DNA of 54,983 nucleotides, the filler included, from Sphacelaria rigidula (lineage: Eukaryota), in assembly GCA_964200075.2 (NCBI GenBank). It is 5 parts of 5 records of this genome, joined end to end, with 100 filler letters (N's around TTAATTAATTAA, not from the genome) between each part and the next. Parts side by side here need not be neighbours in the genome. Positions count along the whole stretch, not along the records: positions 33,053 to 43,968 come from CAXNAA020005683.1; positions 44,069 to 54,983 come from CAXNAA020005684.1; 3 more parts are not named here. One strand, given 5' to 3'. The translations under genes were made by a program, and so were the position numbers. Numbering within the stretch: the stretch's first letter is position 1; every line of letters starts with the position of its first letter. Shown in pieces: positions 37,051 through 50,496 of this stretch. The notes under the pieces are model-generated. The model was not told the DNA's origin. It saw nothing but the letters and a program-made list of their open reading frames with translations, and did not search any database.

Positions 37051-38019
37051 CAGTATGTCAAAAATTTGCACGATCGACATCACCGACTTCTCTGTGCTGC
37101 TTACTAATACAATATGCGATCTTCTGGGTGTGGTATCCAAGGAAAGTACTTTGGCCAAGGAGGATCTTATACCTCTAGCGATCTTCCGCGAACTTTCCCG
37201 CCCTCGGGTGCCTAAATCGAACGTGATCGAAATCGATTCTCCCGCCGGAATCGCAAGCAGAAACGTCCCGCGAATCGATCCCACCCTCCGTAACCGAGCA
37301 TTGATAGCGCACGTGCGCTCGGCTACGAGACCGCTTTGAAAAACTTGCCCCAGCGGCGGGATGAACAGATTGTTGGATGATGGTCCGCCGAACCCCGATT
37401 CCCCCGAATCATTGTTTGAGCCACCACTAAGCTTGTTGTCTGCTTCGTGCGGATGGTTCTCCGATTCAATCGACTCGTCTGGAGAACAATGCCGTCATGG
37501 TACAACATATTCATTTTTTCTGGCGTGTCAAGAACGGCGAGCCCGGTTCCGGATCTGGACAGGCAGTGGCGGTCGTCTGGTTAATATAAACTGGAGATAC
37601 CAATGCAACTGAACATCTGAGCGACCCGCTCTACAGTCTCTGATATCGCCGGCGTTGTCAGTGCAAAAAAGGTACGGGCGGGTGGGGTTGTAGAAGCGTC
37701 GGTCCTGTCGCTTTCTGATGTTTCCTGCTGTCGTGCGGAGGTTTGAAGCGGCTCGAGGTCTGGAGGCGGTATTTCGGCATCAGCTCTGCAGGTCTGATGT
37801 TTCTGGTTGATAGTGCTGGCCATGAACTTGTCCACGGCGGAAGACTGATCGAGGCCGACGCTCCACGTGTCCGACTGTTGGGCAGCACGGGAGAACACAC
37901 AGAAAAGGCGGGCGAATATGCGGGTGTCATAGTTGATAGTACTCTGGTCAAAATCACTGGAATTTTATCTAGAAAATACCCTCCAGGCAAAAGGTAGTAC
38001 AGTACACACTGAGCTCGTC

Positions 38020-38290
38020 GAACGACGCACGGTGTGAGCCTTTCAATACGCGAGCGACCTATTTTAGGCGTTCACCTGTGCGATCTCTCTTTCAAGGTAT
38101 TCGACGTGTCCAATCGAATCGACGGACGCACGCCCCGATGAGCGAGAAAGAAATCAAACTCGTGTTCATTACTCGCTTCACACATAGCTGCACTGTGACG
38201 CCGGCGAATTCTGAGTTGGCTTCTGACTGGAGCATATGGGATATGAAACTGCGTGAATTTCAAGCGATGGTCATCAACAATCGCGTGGAC
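38020..38290 (+). mobile_element. Possible highly decayed Gypsy RNase H-like fragment
   Basis: PFNTRATYFRRSPVRSLF and HSCTVTPA...WSIWDMKLREFQAMV loosely resemble the RT-RNase H linker and the RNase H YS..E.E motif. Confidence 0.3.
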
Positions 38291-40286
38291 ATTGTGTGTG
38301 GGTATTCTGAATACCATACGGTATACAGTAGCAAATAAGTCGCCTTCGAGTCAGAGCACAGGACTCCACACTCGCAGAAAGTCCCAGTCTGGCCCTTGTA
38401 AATAACACCTACACACAATGAATCTGTTGATATCTCGCAACACTTGAGTCAGACTTGCTCTTGTTTTATCCCAATACCTCGTAGGACTCGCATCTGACGG
38501 CTCCGTATATTGTCTCCAATGATTCGTACGGCTCGAATTCGACTTGTCCGGACGGTAGCCAACGTCTGAATGTGCTATTCACTCAATCGGGATTTTTCAC
38601 AGATATTTATCACATTCCCTCGAGAGTTTGAAAGTTCGTAGGCTTTGGAAAGGGAAGGAGGTCGTGCTCTGGACACATTTCTCATTGTTTTATCGTCGGA
38701 ACGATACGGAATAAAACTGTGTTAATCGAGAGGGTGTTATATACCGTATACGCAACCAAAACACGGCATTCCAACTGTAGCGCAATTGATGTCGAGAAAA
38801 GAAAACGACTGAAAGCATAGAATGATTCATAATAACGATCCGGATCGGTTCGGTGGAGCGAAAATATCAAGGAGCGAGAACCGGGGGGTTACACACTCGT
38901 AGTACCCCCTAAGTCCGGTGAGCACGTGTCTCGCTAAAACCTAGTCGTAGTTTACATTTTTTCCTCGAAACAGGTTTCGGGTGCTCATGTCTCTCGATTC
39001 CCAAAACGTTTGGGTCGAACAGAAACCGTGATGAGTCCTGGGAATCCGAAAGTCTGAAGAACTCGCTTTCCATCGAAATTGCCAAGTTTAAGGTTTGACT
39101 AGTATATCTTTTTCCCGATGACTCGCAGCTTCGAAGTCAGACATCTGAATAGGTAGTACGACTCCAGCCATCGAGATCCGAACAATAGAATATGTAGGAT
39201 AGCGTGCATAATGTGAAGCCAAGCTCCCGTTGCGCAGGTACAGCACGTTATATGGACCATTACGGGTGAGAGATTGACAACCAAGTACATGAACGTGACG
39301 CGGAGTTAGTCTATTAGCTCGGGAATGGTTTGTCTAACCATTAATCGGTTGAATGGTTACGCGTAGCGCACTCATTAACCAGTCTAATGATACATGATGG
39401 TTTGGTCATCCAGCGGCGCAGCCGCGAGCCAAAAATGCCCCCTCCTGGCAGGAGGGGCCCCGCCGGAAGCACATTTTTACGCGATTTGGCTGCACTAGCG
39501 CTACAAAATACCTTAAATGTGGGCCAATCTTCAAGGGCTGTATGTAGCATACGTAGCCGGTAATGGTAAACAATTGTTTGAAACCATTATCCAAAATATT
39601 TATATAACCGTTACCAATAGCACCACTATAATGATAACGGCCAGTTATAACTGGTACCATTTAGTCAAGTCATGCGAGCGAGTCTACTCGAGTCATCCCG
39701 CTGTACACTACATGTACTGCACGTTACTACTACTCAACAGCATTCAGAAACCACCTGATGCGGACAACCGCGCAATATTGTATGGCAGACTACGAGTCAG
39801 ATCAGTTCCTGTTTTCTCAATGACTCCAATGACCCGAGTTAGGCTGATCCTCATGTCTTCTCAATGCGCTGTACTACTCGAGGCGGGATCGTCCTCCTGT
39901 CTCTTCTTACTGACTCATGCCACTTATGCCCGACTCTTTTCTCATTTTCTAAAACGACTCGCAGGACTGAAGTTCACGAGCCATGCGGGAAAATGAGGAC
40001 GCGTCTGACTTCAACATCAAAATTGTTGATGGCTCGTAGGACTCAAGTCCGGTTTAATCTCCTTTTCCTGAACGAGTCGCACTTGGAACGCGATTCAAAG
40101 CCGTCTTGAGTAATCGTATGATGGGGGGGTGGAGAGGGTATTTTGGGTAATTTCTTCCACGAAGCTTCCACTTCGAATCGCCGTTGAAAGCAGCAACGTT
40201 TGTTTGAACGCGTTTGGTATCAACAAGACACGTTCATTCATACTGTTCGACATCATTTTCACGCAAATACAAGCGCACCGTGAGTG

Positions 40287-40770
40287 TGTCGCAACTATGA
40301 GCCCCTTCTTTTCGTGGAATCAAGCAGCCCCCCCTTATCGTAGACCTGGTCCGACGAGAACCCGGCGTGCGCGGTCCCGGCTTTGTAGGGACGGACCCCA
40401 TATGGGGTTGGCGTCGGCTGACAATGATGCTATAAAACGCGCCACTCAGTGGGTAGGTTACGCAGCCAGGGTGCCGTGTTCTTTGGCGCGCTCGCGTTTT
40501 GTTCATGGTAACCATGATGGTGGTCGCGCTTCGTCATGTGAACGGGTACACTGAGTGAACATGCACATGTGCGGATAGATTGATGCTGTCGCACGGGTAC
40601 TGGTAGTCGAGTGTGTGTGACTACAGTACCACGCCCAGGCCGGCTACTGCGCTGCCGACTGAGCTCACTCCACATCTGATCCCTCCATAATAGGGTCGAC
40701 TACGTCAAGGCACTCTCCAAAAATATGAAAGATAAACCTATCTATTCTTCGCCACGGGCCACGGAATACA
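40287..40770 (+). mobile_element. Putative 5' LTR of the Copia element (TG...CA, 484 bp)
   Basis: Starts TGTCGC and ends AATACA ~25 bp before the gag ATG. No second copy is available because the contig ends first. Confidence 0.45.
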
Positions 40771-40796
40771 CTAGTGTTACAACCGGTTGGGCAGAA

Positions 40797-43700
40797 TGGC
40801 AGAACAGGGTGGTAGGACTGCTACAGTAATCGGTGAGCAGGGTGTTTCTGAGCAGTTGCAGGAAGTATGTAGTCAAAGCAGTTCCTTGGCTCAGCTCATG
40901 CGTGATTTGCAGTTAAACCAAGTTGCATTACAGAGTAACACGGACGATATGAGGGCAGAAAGAGAGGCTGGGGGCGCAGAAAACAATGGCGTCCTCGATA
41001 GTGAAGGTTTTCCATATCAACAGGGGGAATTAAACACATATAGAACAGTGGAGCGTCGTGGTGCTGGAGTTCGAAGAGAGCGACGGTACATCGGGAGTCA
41101 AGCTGTTCTAGAGGACGGAGCACGCGACGCAATGGACAACGAGGCCACAAGTGACGAAGCTACGAGCCTTGTCCCCGTATGTGAGTCAATCCAAGTAGAC
41201 GATACAAGTGGACATGTGTCAGGGGTTCCCGTTTTTCGACAGAACGTCCCAAAAGTTTGAGGGAAGAACGCTGATAATGCTCGGTCCAGGCATGAACTGG
41301 TCAACTTTGCAATGGGCGAAGGAATTGACTGGGTGTTTACCATGGCCGGCGAGAGTCCGCACGACGAAGGTATCGGTAACCCTGAATAAGCGATGGGGTA
41401 TCTGGAAAGTAGACATGGGAAGGACACAGTGGCAGCCAGCGTGAGGGCCAGACCGATTCTTGTTGCGAGTTTAGAAGGAAAGAGGGAGAAAGATATGTCG
41501 CTCAGAGTCCACTCACCTGCTGCGGTTTGGAGAAAACCCGAGGATCTATTTCGCGCCAAAACAAATGGGGCGAGAACCGCTTTGTTGGAAAAGTCCGATG
41601 GAGTCAAGATTGGTGTCCGTGATGATCCAGAGCAGAAGCTGCTCGAGATGGAGGAAATTGTGTGTAACCTGAACTCATATGAGGAGCATGAACGACTAAG
41701 CAAAAGCCATATTCTCTTCAAATTCCTCAACGCATTGCCCTTCGAGTATCATATTCAGCAGCAACTGCTCGAGGATCGAGAGGGACCGCTGACGCGGGAG
41801 GTTGTGTTGACTTCGATCCGAAAGCGCTTCGAATCGACGTCTTTAAAGCAGGAACTTGCCCGGGGAAAGAAGTCATCCCCGGGCGACCAGGCTCTCCTTG
41901 CCGGGGGTGGGACAGGAAAACCGAGCGGTGCGCACCGCAAGGGAAAACCGGAAAAAACCCAGGGCTCCAGTCAGAAAACGGCGGGAGCGATAGTTCAAGT
42001 AGCTCTGCGTCGGCATCGTCGAACGTCAAACCGGCGACTGGGAAGCTGCTCCGCTGCCACGTTTGCGACGAGAACACGACGCATTGGGCCAGAAACCGCC
42101 CGAAGAGATACTGCGGGAGGTGCGGTCAGCAGGGGCACACGTTCTGGGACCGTCCGAGATCGACAGCGAAGAAAGAAGACGCGGTGATGGCGATGGGCGC
42201 GGCCGACGACAGCGACAGCTCCTCCGTCTGTTCGGTGGCGGATGGGGAGGCTTTCACCTGTCTCGATACCACCATCAACGGCGACCCAAGCGAGTATACA
42301 TTGAGTGTTGAGCGGGGGGGTGATAGTCAGCAGGGTGAGGGCGAATCGCGGGTATTTGACACGGGGGCTACCCAGCATTTCTCCCACGATTCCCATGGGA
42401 TGACGGAGTACAGAGAGTGGAAGGGTAGGGTGCTACGGTGCGCGGGAGGTAGTACTTACCCGATCGTAGGCAGAGGAAATTTGTCTCTTGCCTTCAGATC
42501 TGACGGACAGGGTGTGATCCTAAAACTAGTGGATGCTGATCATGTACCTGGTGTCCGTCATCACCTCTTGTCACTCACGAGGGTGTAACACATGGGACAC
42601 ATCTACAATGGTTTTCGTGATGGTTTCAGGGTAGATCTCAATTCAGGCAATACACTGAAAATACCTGGACGACCACGTCAACTCACAATGTACGCCCGCC
42701 GCCTCGACCAAAGTGGTAGTGATAAATGTGCTTCGGCATATGCTGTTATTGCCCCGGGCGCTTCGCCTAGCCCCCAGACCGCTGACATCAACGAGTTCCA
42801 CTGTTCCCACGCTCACGTCCACGAGGATTTACTGAGCAAGACGGCGAAGCAGCAGGGAAAGCAGCGGGCTGGGGAGCTGCAGCCCTGCCGCGGCTGCTCA
42901 GAGGCGAAGGGACTGCGGGCGCCGATTCCAAGATCGACGCACACGAGAGCAGCCAAGTCAGCGTGTAGGGTGTTTGTAGATCTTTCCGGGCCGAAACCAG
43001 TCAAGCCTAATGGGGGAAAGTCGTACACGATGATAGTCCGAGATGATCACTCACGGCACACAAAGCTATATTTCCTCCGGAAGAAGGATAAGGCAGAGGG
43101 ATACTTCGCGACATATATCGCATGGGTCTCTCCGAGAAAGATTGAGATAGTCCGTAGCGATGACGGGGGTGAATTCTCGGAGGGTGCATTTGGTGAACTG
43201 TGCGACAGGGAAAAGATCAAGCAGGAGAAGACAACTGCCGACTCACCCCAGTTCAACGGCAGAGCCAGCGTTAGGTATCATCGGAACAGCAGGCCTTGCG
43301 ACCAGAATCCAAGCGTCTGAGTTGTACCCAAATGAGCGCATCCCAAACGGTGACAGCCTGTGGGCTGAACAGGCAAACTGGGCGTGTCACGCCCCGAACT
43401 GTACCGCCACCTCGGCTAATTCGCACCACAAATCACCGCATGAGATGTGGTATGGATCACCACCGGAAAGTGTTCTCGTTCCGTTTTTGAAGCCTGGGTT
43501 TGGTAGGAGGAAACAGACAATTAAATTACAGCCGAAGGCCGAAAAATGCTGGTACTTGAGCCCAGCCTAAGGCTACCCACGTGACGCGATGCGAATTCTG
43601 CCTGTACGAGGAACCATCTCCGTGGCAAGACATGTAACATGGGCACGTACGTCCGCTGCCCTCCCCTACACACTACAGCAAGCGATCCAGACGCCGGGCG

Positions 43701-43968
43701 AGCTGAAGGATTCCAGCGTCGATGAAGGCCAGGGTGTGAGTGAAGACAGGACGGAAAGCTCGACAGTAGACATTTCGTCCCGCGGTTCCTCAAGCGCGCC
43801 GTCCTCCCCGCCGAGTTCCGTTGGTGGGAGGGGTGGAGCAGCACCGCAGATCCCCGTCAGTAGTGGAGGGGGCGAGGTGCCTTCACCGTCCCCGCAAGGT
43901 GTACTCATGATCAGGCATGCGTGCCCGCAAGGGGGAGGGGGGGGGGGGGGGGGACTCATTTGTTGTTT
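40797..43968 (+). mobile_element. Decayed Ty1/Copia gag-protease-integrase (truncated by contig end before RT)
   Basis: KFLNALPFEY gag core, CCHC-like knuckles, VFDTGATQHF protease, HCSHAH...CRGC pre-integrase, and VFVDLSGP...IVRDDHSR...VRSDDGGEF...PQFNG integrase. The PR-IN order is Copia-type; stops and frameshifts are present. Confidence 0.92.
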
Positions 43969-44068
43969 NNNNNNNNNNNNNNNNNNNNNNNNNNNNNNNN
44001 NNNNNNNNNNNNTTAATTAATTAANNNNNNNNNNNNNNNNNNNNNNNNNNNNNNNNNNNNNNNNNNNN
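43969..44068. other. Artificial contig linker
   Basis: N44-TTAATTAATTAA-N44. Confidence 0.97.
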
Positions 44069-44406
44069 CGTTTCTGGCCATTTTTCGTACCTTTCTTGGG
44101 CAAAAAACGAGAAGGTATACCTTTTCGAGGCCATTGCCCCATAATATTTCTCCGAATATCTAGCGTCGGACTTTTTCAGCATTTTTTTTCTGTGGAAGTC
44201 GAGAACAAGTTTCGATTTTCAGAAAAACTCGGGGAGAAAATTAAGAATTCCGACGCTAATACAGCTCGTTTGTAACGGGACTTTTTTTAGACCCATTTGA
44301 TAGGTTCGTTAACTTTTTCGGGACAATTTCCGACTCATCAAAAGCAAAAAAAATGCTGAAAACATTCCCACGCTAGATTTTCCGAGTAATATGTAGTCAG
44401 TCTTAC

Positions 44407-44490
44407 CGGGGAGAGATGGGCTGATCCCTTGAGACTACGGACTCGTCCCAAGGAAGGGGAGGGGTTCAAAGTACGACAAACAATAAATAA
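44407..44490 (+). repeat. Retroposon-tail fragment; inverted second copy at ~50105-50192
   Basis: gatcccttgagac.acggactcgtccc.aggaagggga..ggttcaaagt.cgacaa followed by an (AAT)n tail. Confidence 0.7.
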
Positions 44491-45239
44491 TATCAATGAC
44501 AATGCAAATAATAATAATAATAATAGTCTTGAACTGTTCTATTCCTTGACGTGGTTAAGAAATATGCTGCCATATTTTTCGGGGAGGATTTTGTTTTTCA
44601 TCTTCTCGAAATAGAATATATTATCTGGAGAAAAACAGCCCCGTCAAATAACGAACCAAAGACCCCCGAATTGGAAATATTATGAGACCATCAGCAACGG
44701 ATCGATCTACGGGCCGTAGACTCGCTGCAAGAAATACTTACGAGAACGTTAGGGCTAGCTTGCAGGCGCCAATAATGTGCTGTTGCTGCTTCCGACGTTT
44801 TTTGTGTCCTCCCGTTGCTGCGGCGGGCTTATGTTTAGTGAGGCCCAAGCAGAGGATGGAGTCGGAGAGGTGCTACGACGGCGCCTAGACGTCGGCCGCA
44901 GAGGAGAGACAAAGGTATGCGAAATTTTCGACACAAGGAGAGCTGAAGACATGTCGACATATTCGGAAACCCGTTTTTTTGTTGCAACTGTACATTGTGT
45001 CGGGGTATTACTGTAATAATTGCTATTAGACGGTTTCGTTTTTTTCTTTTTTGTCATTTCAGAGCGCAAATTTCTCAGGATCAGGGTGCAGAATAAATTA
45101 AAATACCTCATCGAAAAAAAGTTGAGGGGATACCACATTTGACGGAGGGGGAAATAATTTTTCGTTACACTCTGATCCTGAGATATTTGCACTCTGAAAG
45201 GACAAAAACGCGTTTTCCGAAACTCTATTATTTCACTTA

Positions 45240-45470
45240 TATTGTTGTCATTACCATTATAATCAATCTAATTATGATATTTTCTATTATCATTATTATT
45301 ATGAATATTTCGATTCTTATGAATATTTTGATTTTTATGATGGTTTGTTTTGATTATGCTTCTTGTGATGATTATCATGTTCATCATTGTGATGATTATT
45401 CTAATGATAATGATGGTGATGGTTACGATGATTATTATGATGATTATTATAATGGTTATCACCATTACTT
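45240..45470. repeat. Degenerate (ATT/GAT)n microsatellite
   Basis: Trinucleotide low-complexity tract. Confidence 0.8.
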
Positions 45471-45649
45471 TTGTTTTTTTTCCCGTACATCAACTCAACC
45501 TCTCGAACCCGTGGCAACAGACGTAGGCTCGCCTTTCCAGTACCGCCACTACTTTCCCTTACATATGTGGTAGATCTGAGAAAAATTCCAACCTCATTCG
45601 GTTATTGCCTGAAAGTACAGTAGCGGAGTTGCCAGGCAACCTGCAAGTA

Positions 45650-46112
45650 TTAACACCATATTCGTGAGATTCAGAGCGTAATATCGGATTCAGAGTGGAT
45701 GCTCTAGCGTTCCTTACAGGCAACTTTTTTTTTTGCTTGAGCGCACGTCCTGTGCATGCAGCTACCGTACAGTACCCCATTCGAGGAATTCGGCGGTCTG
45801 GTAGGTGAGATACCGCACAAAGCATTTTTACGCCTGGGGGGGCATTTCGGAACTGAAACAGTATCAGGCACTAATCGGTTTTTCCTGAGAGAGGGGATCT
45901 TTTCTTGCAATGGACTGACTACGTCGTTGCGATCAAGTGATGATGCGTCAAATTGATCATGTAGGTGACAGCTTTCATTGAAGCCACCGCTTCACCAGCT
46001 GGGCGCATTACTCCTCGAATTGTGGCGATGTCAAAATCGACGGGAAAATCAATTGCTTCGGGTCTCACTCTGAATCCGAGGTTACACTCTGGATCTCACG
46101 AATATAGTGTTT
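45650..46112. mobile_element. Putative MITE with ~50-bp imperfect inverted ends
   Basis: taacaccatattcgtgagattcagagcgtaa..tcggattcagagtg pairs with cactctgaatccga..ttacactctggatctcacgaatatagtgttta. Confidence 0.55.
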
Positions 46113-46904
46113 ATTATCTTCGCGTCTTCACAGCGGGCTCGGGGCATATCTCGTTACTTAATTACACAGCTTCGCAAACGTTTTCTCTACTTAGCGTGAT
46201 GACAGTGTCGGGTGATGAGCAATGCTACGGTAGGAGTGCACTTTTCCCCCAAAATGTTGTCTGATTTAGTGGCTCCCAACAATTCTAGATGCACAAGAAT
46301 ATGGGTCAGGGCATCCCCGCTTGCAAATTTATTCGGGAAGCTCCTACCACATTGGAATCGTAATCCTGGCGTACTCTCACATATTGAATAAGTCGTGTTT
46401 TGGATGAGATTAAGGGCTCCAAACACTTTTAAGCTCAGAAAATATTCGTGCGCCCCTACCGTAGCATCACTTTGATATGCGTTATAAAATTGTCGGGTGA
46501 TGTGCGTCATGGAATTGTCAGGTGATGTGTGATTAAAATACGGATTGTCCACGGTGATGAAATTGACCCTTAAAAGAGTTACGCTCGCGGAAAAGCCAAC
46601 ACCTCCCGAGACTCCCTACAGTATAAGTTTGAATATGTCCGCACCCTGGACAATATAATATGGTCAATAGTTGCAATAGACGAGAAGTGTACTGCATAAA
46701 GTACAGGCCTATTGCAACTCTTCCCGGCTGGTAATAGTCGCAATATGCCTATACTTCATGCAGTGCGTTTCTAGTCTACTGCAACTACTGACCATATACT
46801 GTCCAAGGTATGGATATGTCGCAGTAAACCTCCGACGCAAGTGGATAATACTCATGGTTCAAAATCCACCGCTCCCCGGAGGTGTATATTAAAATGGTTG
46901 GACT

Positions 46905-47075
46905 GCCCACCACTAGGATGGAGAGAACGTGGGTTCGCTTCCCGATGCGTTGCGTCCATTTTTGGAGGCATCTGATTGCCACCGTCAAGAGCGTAAGCAC
47001 GTGAGCAAGCAAGAGAAGAAGTTGAATGAGTTTGTTTGACGAGAGATGACGCGGTGCGGGAGTAGTGCTGACCCA
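46905..47075 (-). repeat. Dispersed repeat; opposite-orientation copy at ~54355-54517
   Basis: Both carry ctcccgcaccgcgtca.ctctcgtcaaacaa...gaac.cacgttctctcca. The ORF track shows the same STPAPRxLSSN peptide. Confidence 0.75.
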
Positions 47076-47755
47076 ATCCGCGAGACCAAAATACAAGGAG
47101 GCGTGTATCGGGTAGGCAGAGATGAGTTGATTCCTTGACACCACGGATTCCTCCCGAGGAACGGGAGGGATCGAAGGTGCGACGAAACAAAACAAAATCA
47201 TACCTTGGACGACGTATGGTCAATATATGCAAAAGGCAATAAACGTACTGGGAAAAGTATAGGCCCACCGCAACTATTGCGTCGCATGGCAATAGTTTTT
47301 GCAATAGGCCAATACTTGACCCAGTCCATTTTTTGTCAATTGTATCTGTTGGCCATATATTGTCCAGGGTGTGAAAAATAGTCACTCCACAACATTTTAC
47401 GCGGGTGACACGTTGAAAAACTACCACGGTCCATGTTCGCGGTGTTGATTTCCGTGCTTCTGCGGAGTTTGTCGGAGTGGGGTTAAGATTGACCACCTTG
47501 CTCCGTCCCTAAGGTATGTACCGACAGATGCACGCCGTCACGTGCTTCTACTGACTTGATTTGGGCGTCGGCAGAGTAGTTCACTTCACGCCTGATATCA
47601 TGTTGTATACTTTTTTCAGGAATTGTACGAAGGCGTTGGCCGCAGCTGAATTGAGAGAAGTAGATGTTGAACGGAGAACTGGCCAAGATATCAAAATGAA
47701 AATTTAGGGGCAACAAATCTTCCTACTGGACAGATGTTTGAAGATCGCTGTGTAT

Positions 47756-47964
47756 TAGAGAGTTTCGGAAAACGTATTTTTGTCATTTTAGAGGGCAAAC
47801 ATCTCAGGATCAGGGTGTAACGCAAACTTATTCCCCCTTCCGTCAAATATGGTATCCCCTTCATTTTTTTTTTTTTTTGATTTTTTTTTTTTTTCAATTC
47901 TGCACTCTGAACCTGAGATATTTGCACTCTGGAATGACGAAGAAGCGTTCTCTGAAACTCTCTA
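47756..47964. mobile_element. MITE family A copy with TA flanks (Tc1/mariner-like)
   Basis: TA-gagagtttc ... gaaactctc-TA. Confidence 0.8.
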
Positions 47965-48706
47965 TTTGCTTGCGCAAGAACAGTTTACGCGAGTTCTAGT
48001 TAATCAAATGTTCCTAAGAAAAGAGTGCATTTGTTTTCTGTTTTTTTCTTGTCTTTGCCTTGTTCTGACATTTCTGTTTCCTTTTCTTTTTATCCATATT
48101 ACTTCGTTTGCGTAGTCTACTTACTCTGTCTGTTCTCTACCTTTCTGTTTTCCTTCACATCTCTTGTGTGAGTGTTCCCATTTTGTTTCATCTCGGGTAC
48201 GTCTATCATGTGGATAATGACCACGACAGGACCCCCGGGGGATCACTTCAAGTGCGATAATCGATCGATTAATCAATCAAACGCACCTGGGGGGAATTGA
48301 ACCCGAGTTTTTCCCGTCCTGATGGTAACAGTTGTACCTACCACAAATCACTGGGTGTGTACTTATGAATCTCGCCTGCCGTAGTCATAAGACCATTGAT
48401 CTCGCATCCCTGCAAAGCCGGGACGGAGTACGCCGGGTTTTCGCCGGACCAGGCTCCACCTGAGTGCGGCGGCAACATGTATCCGCGATAAAAGTCGAAT
48501 CCACGAACCCGAAGGACCCGAACCTGAACCCAACGCGCTTGACCACTCTGCAACACGTGTGGTTGGATCTGCATACTAACTGCTGCTCCGGTTCGTTACC
48601 CTCTCAGGTTCGCCTCAGCACGATAACGGACTGCGTGTTCTCCTCGGCGTACGGGCCAAGCGGACACGCCGTCGGAGTCATCTAACACGATGGACGAATG
48701 GCGAAA

Positions 48707-48913
48707 TACCGTAATTGTGCGAGTGATCGCACACCCCCTGGACCGAACTTTAAAGCTCGATTACTCGACAACAAGAAGAGCATCAGTTCTGAAAAGGGTA
48801 ACGCTGGAAAGATCTCGTCGATAGCTGTCCGAAAATGCGTCGTTTGGCCTTGACATCCTCTTCGTCATGGAGTTCGGTCCAGGGGGTGTGCGATGACTCG
48901 CACAATTACGGTA
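48707..48913. mobile_element. Tc1/mariner-type MITE with ~40-bp TIRs and TA target duplication
   Basis: TA-ccgtaattgtgcgagt.atcgcacaccccctggaccgaact pairs with agttcggtccagggg(g)tgtgcgat.actcgcacaattacgg-TA. Confidence 0.88.
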
Positions 48914-50261
48914 GTGGGTGCACGTGCACTTTGCTGTCGCGGGGTTGAGGAGGCCCTGTCGTCGCTGCAGCCGGGATGCGACCGGCGGTCTTTTCGCGAG
49001 ACATTCGAGTTCGGCCTTTTGTTGAGGCTAGTTTACCGGCGTTGGGCTACAAATTTCCTTGGCGGACACAATTTTACAAGTATCGCTACCCCCAACCTTA
49101 ACTCTAACCCCAACCCAACCCATACCGAGAACCCTCGGGCAAGGGTGGTACATAGACATTCCGGGCTGAGTTGTTGCAGTCAGCTAATGTGAGATAATCA
49201 ATCAGTTAATCAATATACATTCCCTGGGCAAAGTGCGGCCTTGGTAGACCCCAAATCGACGCCTGTGGCGCCGATTTCAACGGAAACGTGTCCAACGCGC
49301 GCGAGGAGCACACGGGGCTTTCAGCCCTACTGAAATTCCGATTCTCGTTGTACACACTCAAATCAATAAAGATCAACCATGGACGTTTGTAGCCCAACGC
49401 CAGTAAACTCTTTTGTTTGACGCGCCGACAATAGTGGATGGTCTGGAGCTTGCGCCATCCACACTACGTAGTATTTCACAGAATCAACGATTTTTTGTTC
49501 ATCCAGCACATCCTCGCATGTAATCGTGCATATGTGCAATGGACTGGATAAAAATTAGTTTCCAGGGATCTGTTGAGCAGGGTTTGTACCACGGTATTTT
49601 CTCTTCCCGAATCTTGTGCTGCGATGGTCCGATCTCCAAACTCTACCCGAATATTGGGTAAAGGTTTGTACGATCGTATTTCTCCACCCAATATCTGGGC
49701 ATTGTTGAGTGCAATATCAATACGTTATTATTTTCGGGTACTCGAGTATATTTTTTGTTCAAAACACCCTACTCAACACGCCCTTGCAAAATACGATAGA
49801 CCGACCGGCGAGTCAGGGATCAGCGTCCGAGGCAGACCGAAACCAATTTCCTCGAAGATCGGTCGGACGGCACTGGGCGGATTTTTTCTTGCTGTACTAT
49901 TGTAATGTTATGCACACCAACTGCAAGCAAGTTAAAACATACATACATATATATATATATATGCATGTATATGTATATGTATATGTAAATACATAAGTAT
50001 ATATGTATATTATAATGGTGAATACTGACAGCCACACTGTCAGGGCGGAACTTGTTGAAGCCGGGAATTCCCCTTACACGGGATAACGGGTAGTTTTTAA
50101 TTTTTATTCTTGCTTGTCGCACTTTGAACCCCTCCCCTTCCTCGGGACGAGTCCGTGGTCTCAAGGGATCAACCTATCTCTCTCTACCCGCTACACGCCT
50201 CGCATCTTGTTCACGCGGATTGGATCTGTGCCGCCAGCCAGAGGAATAGCTGTTGAATAAC

Positions 50262-50496
50262 TGCTGTTGAGAGACTCCCCAGTCTAACTGGCCTCAGTTT
50301 TAGTTGTCAGCCTTTACAACATCCTCATTATTCAGGAGTGCCCTTGCAGGCACTAACCTCCTAGACACGCAGGGTATCATCCCCGTGTCCCCGGTCATTA
50401 TCCAGAATCCTCCCAGAATCTTCCGGAATCCCCGTGCCCCCAGTCATTATCCAGATCATCACTACCAACTCAACGTAACGGCGTATTTTCGTCACA
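50262..50496 (-). repeat. 3' LTR copy (possibly truncated)
   Basis: About 95% identical to 54116-54348 (~11 differences by eye). Preceded on the minus strand by a short purine tract (tggggatgc). Confidence 0.85.

Noticed and set aside
44069..44125. ~57-bp identity with ~34618-34675 suggesting contig overlap
   Set aside because: The match is internal to contig 4 and diverges afterwards; it is better explained as a shared repeat at an assembly break.
45139..45573. 144-aa ORF with a hydrophobic and Asp/Tyr-rich stretch
   Set aside because: It is a translation of a MITE end plus an (ATT/GAT)n microsatellite.
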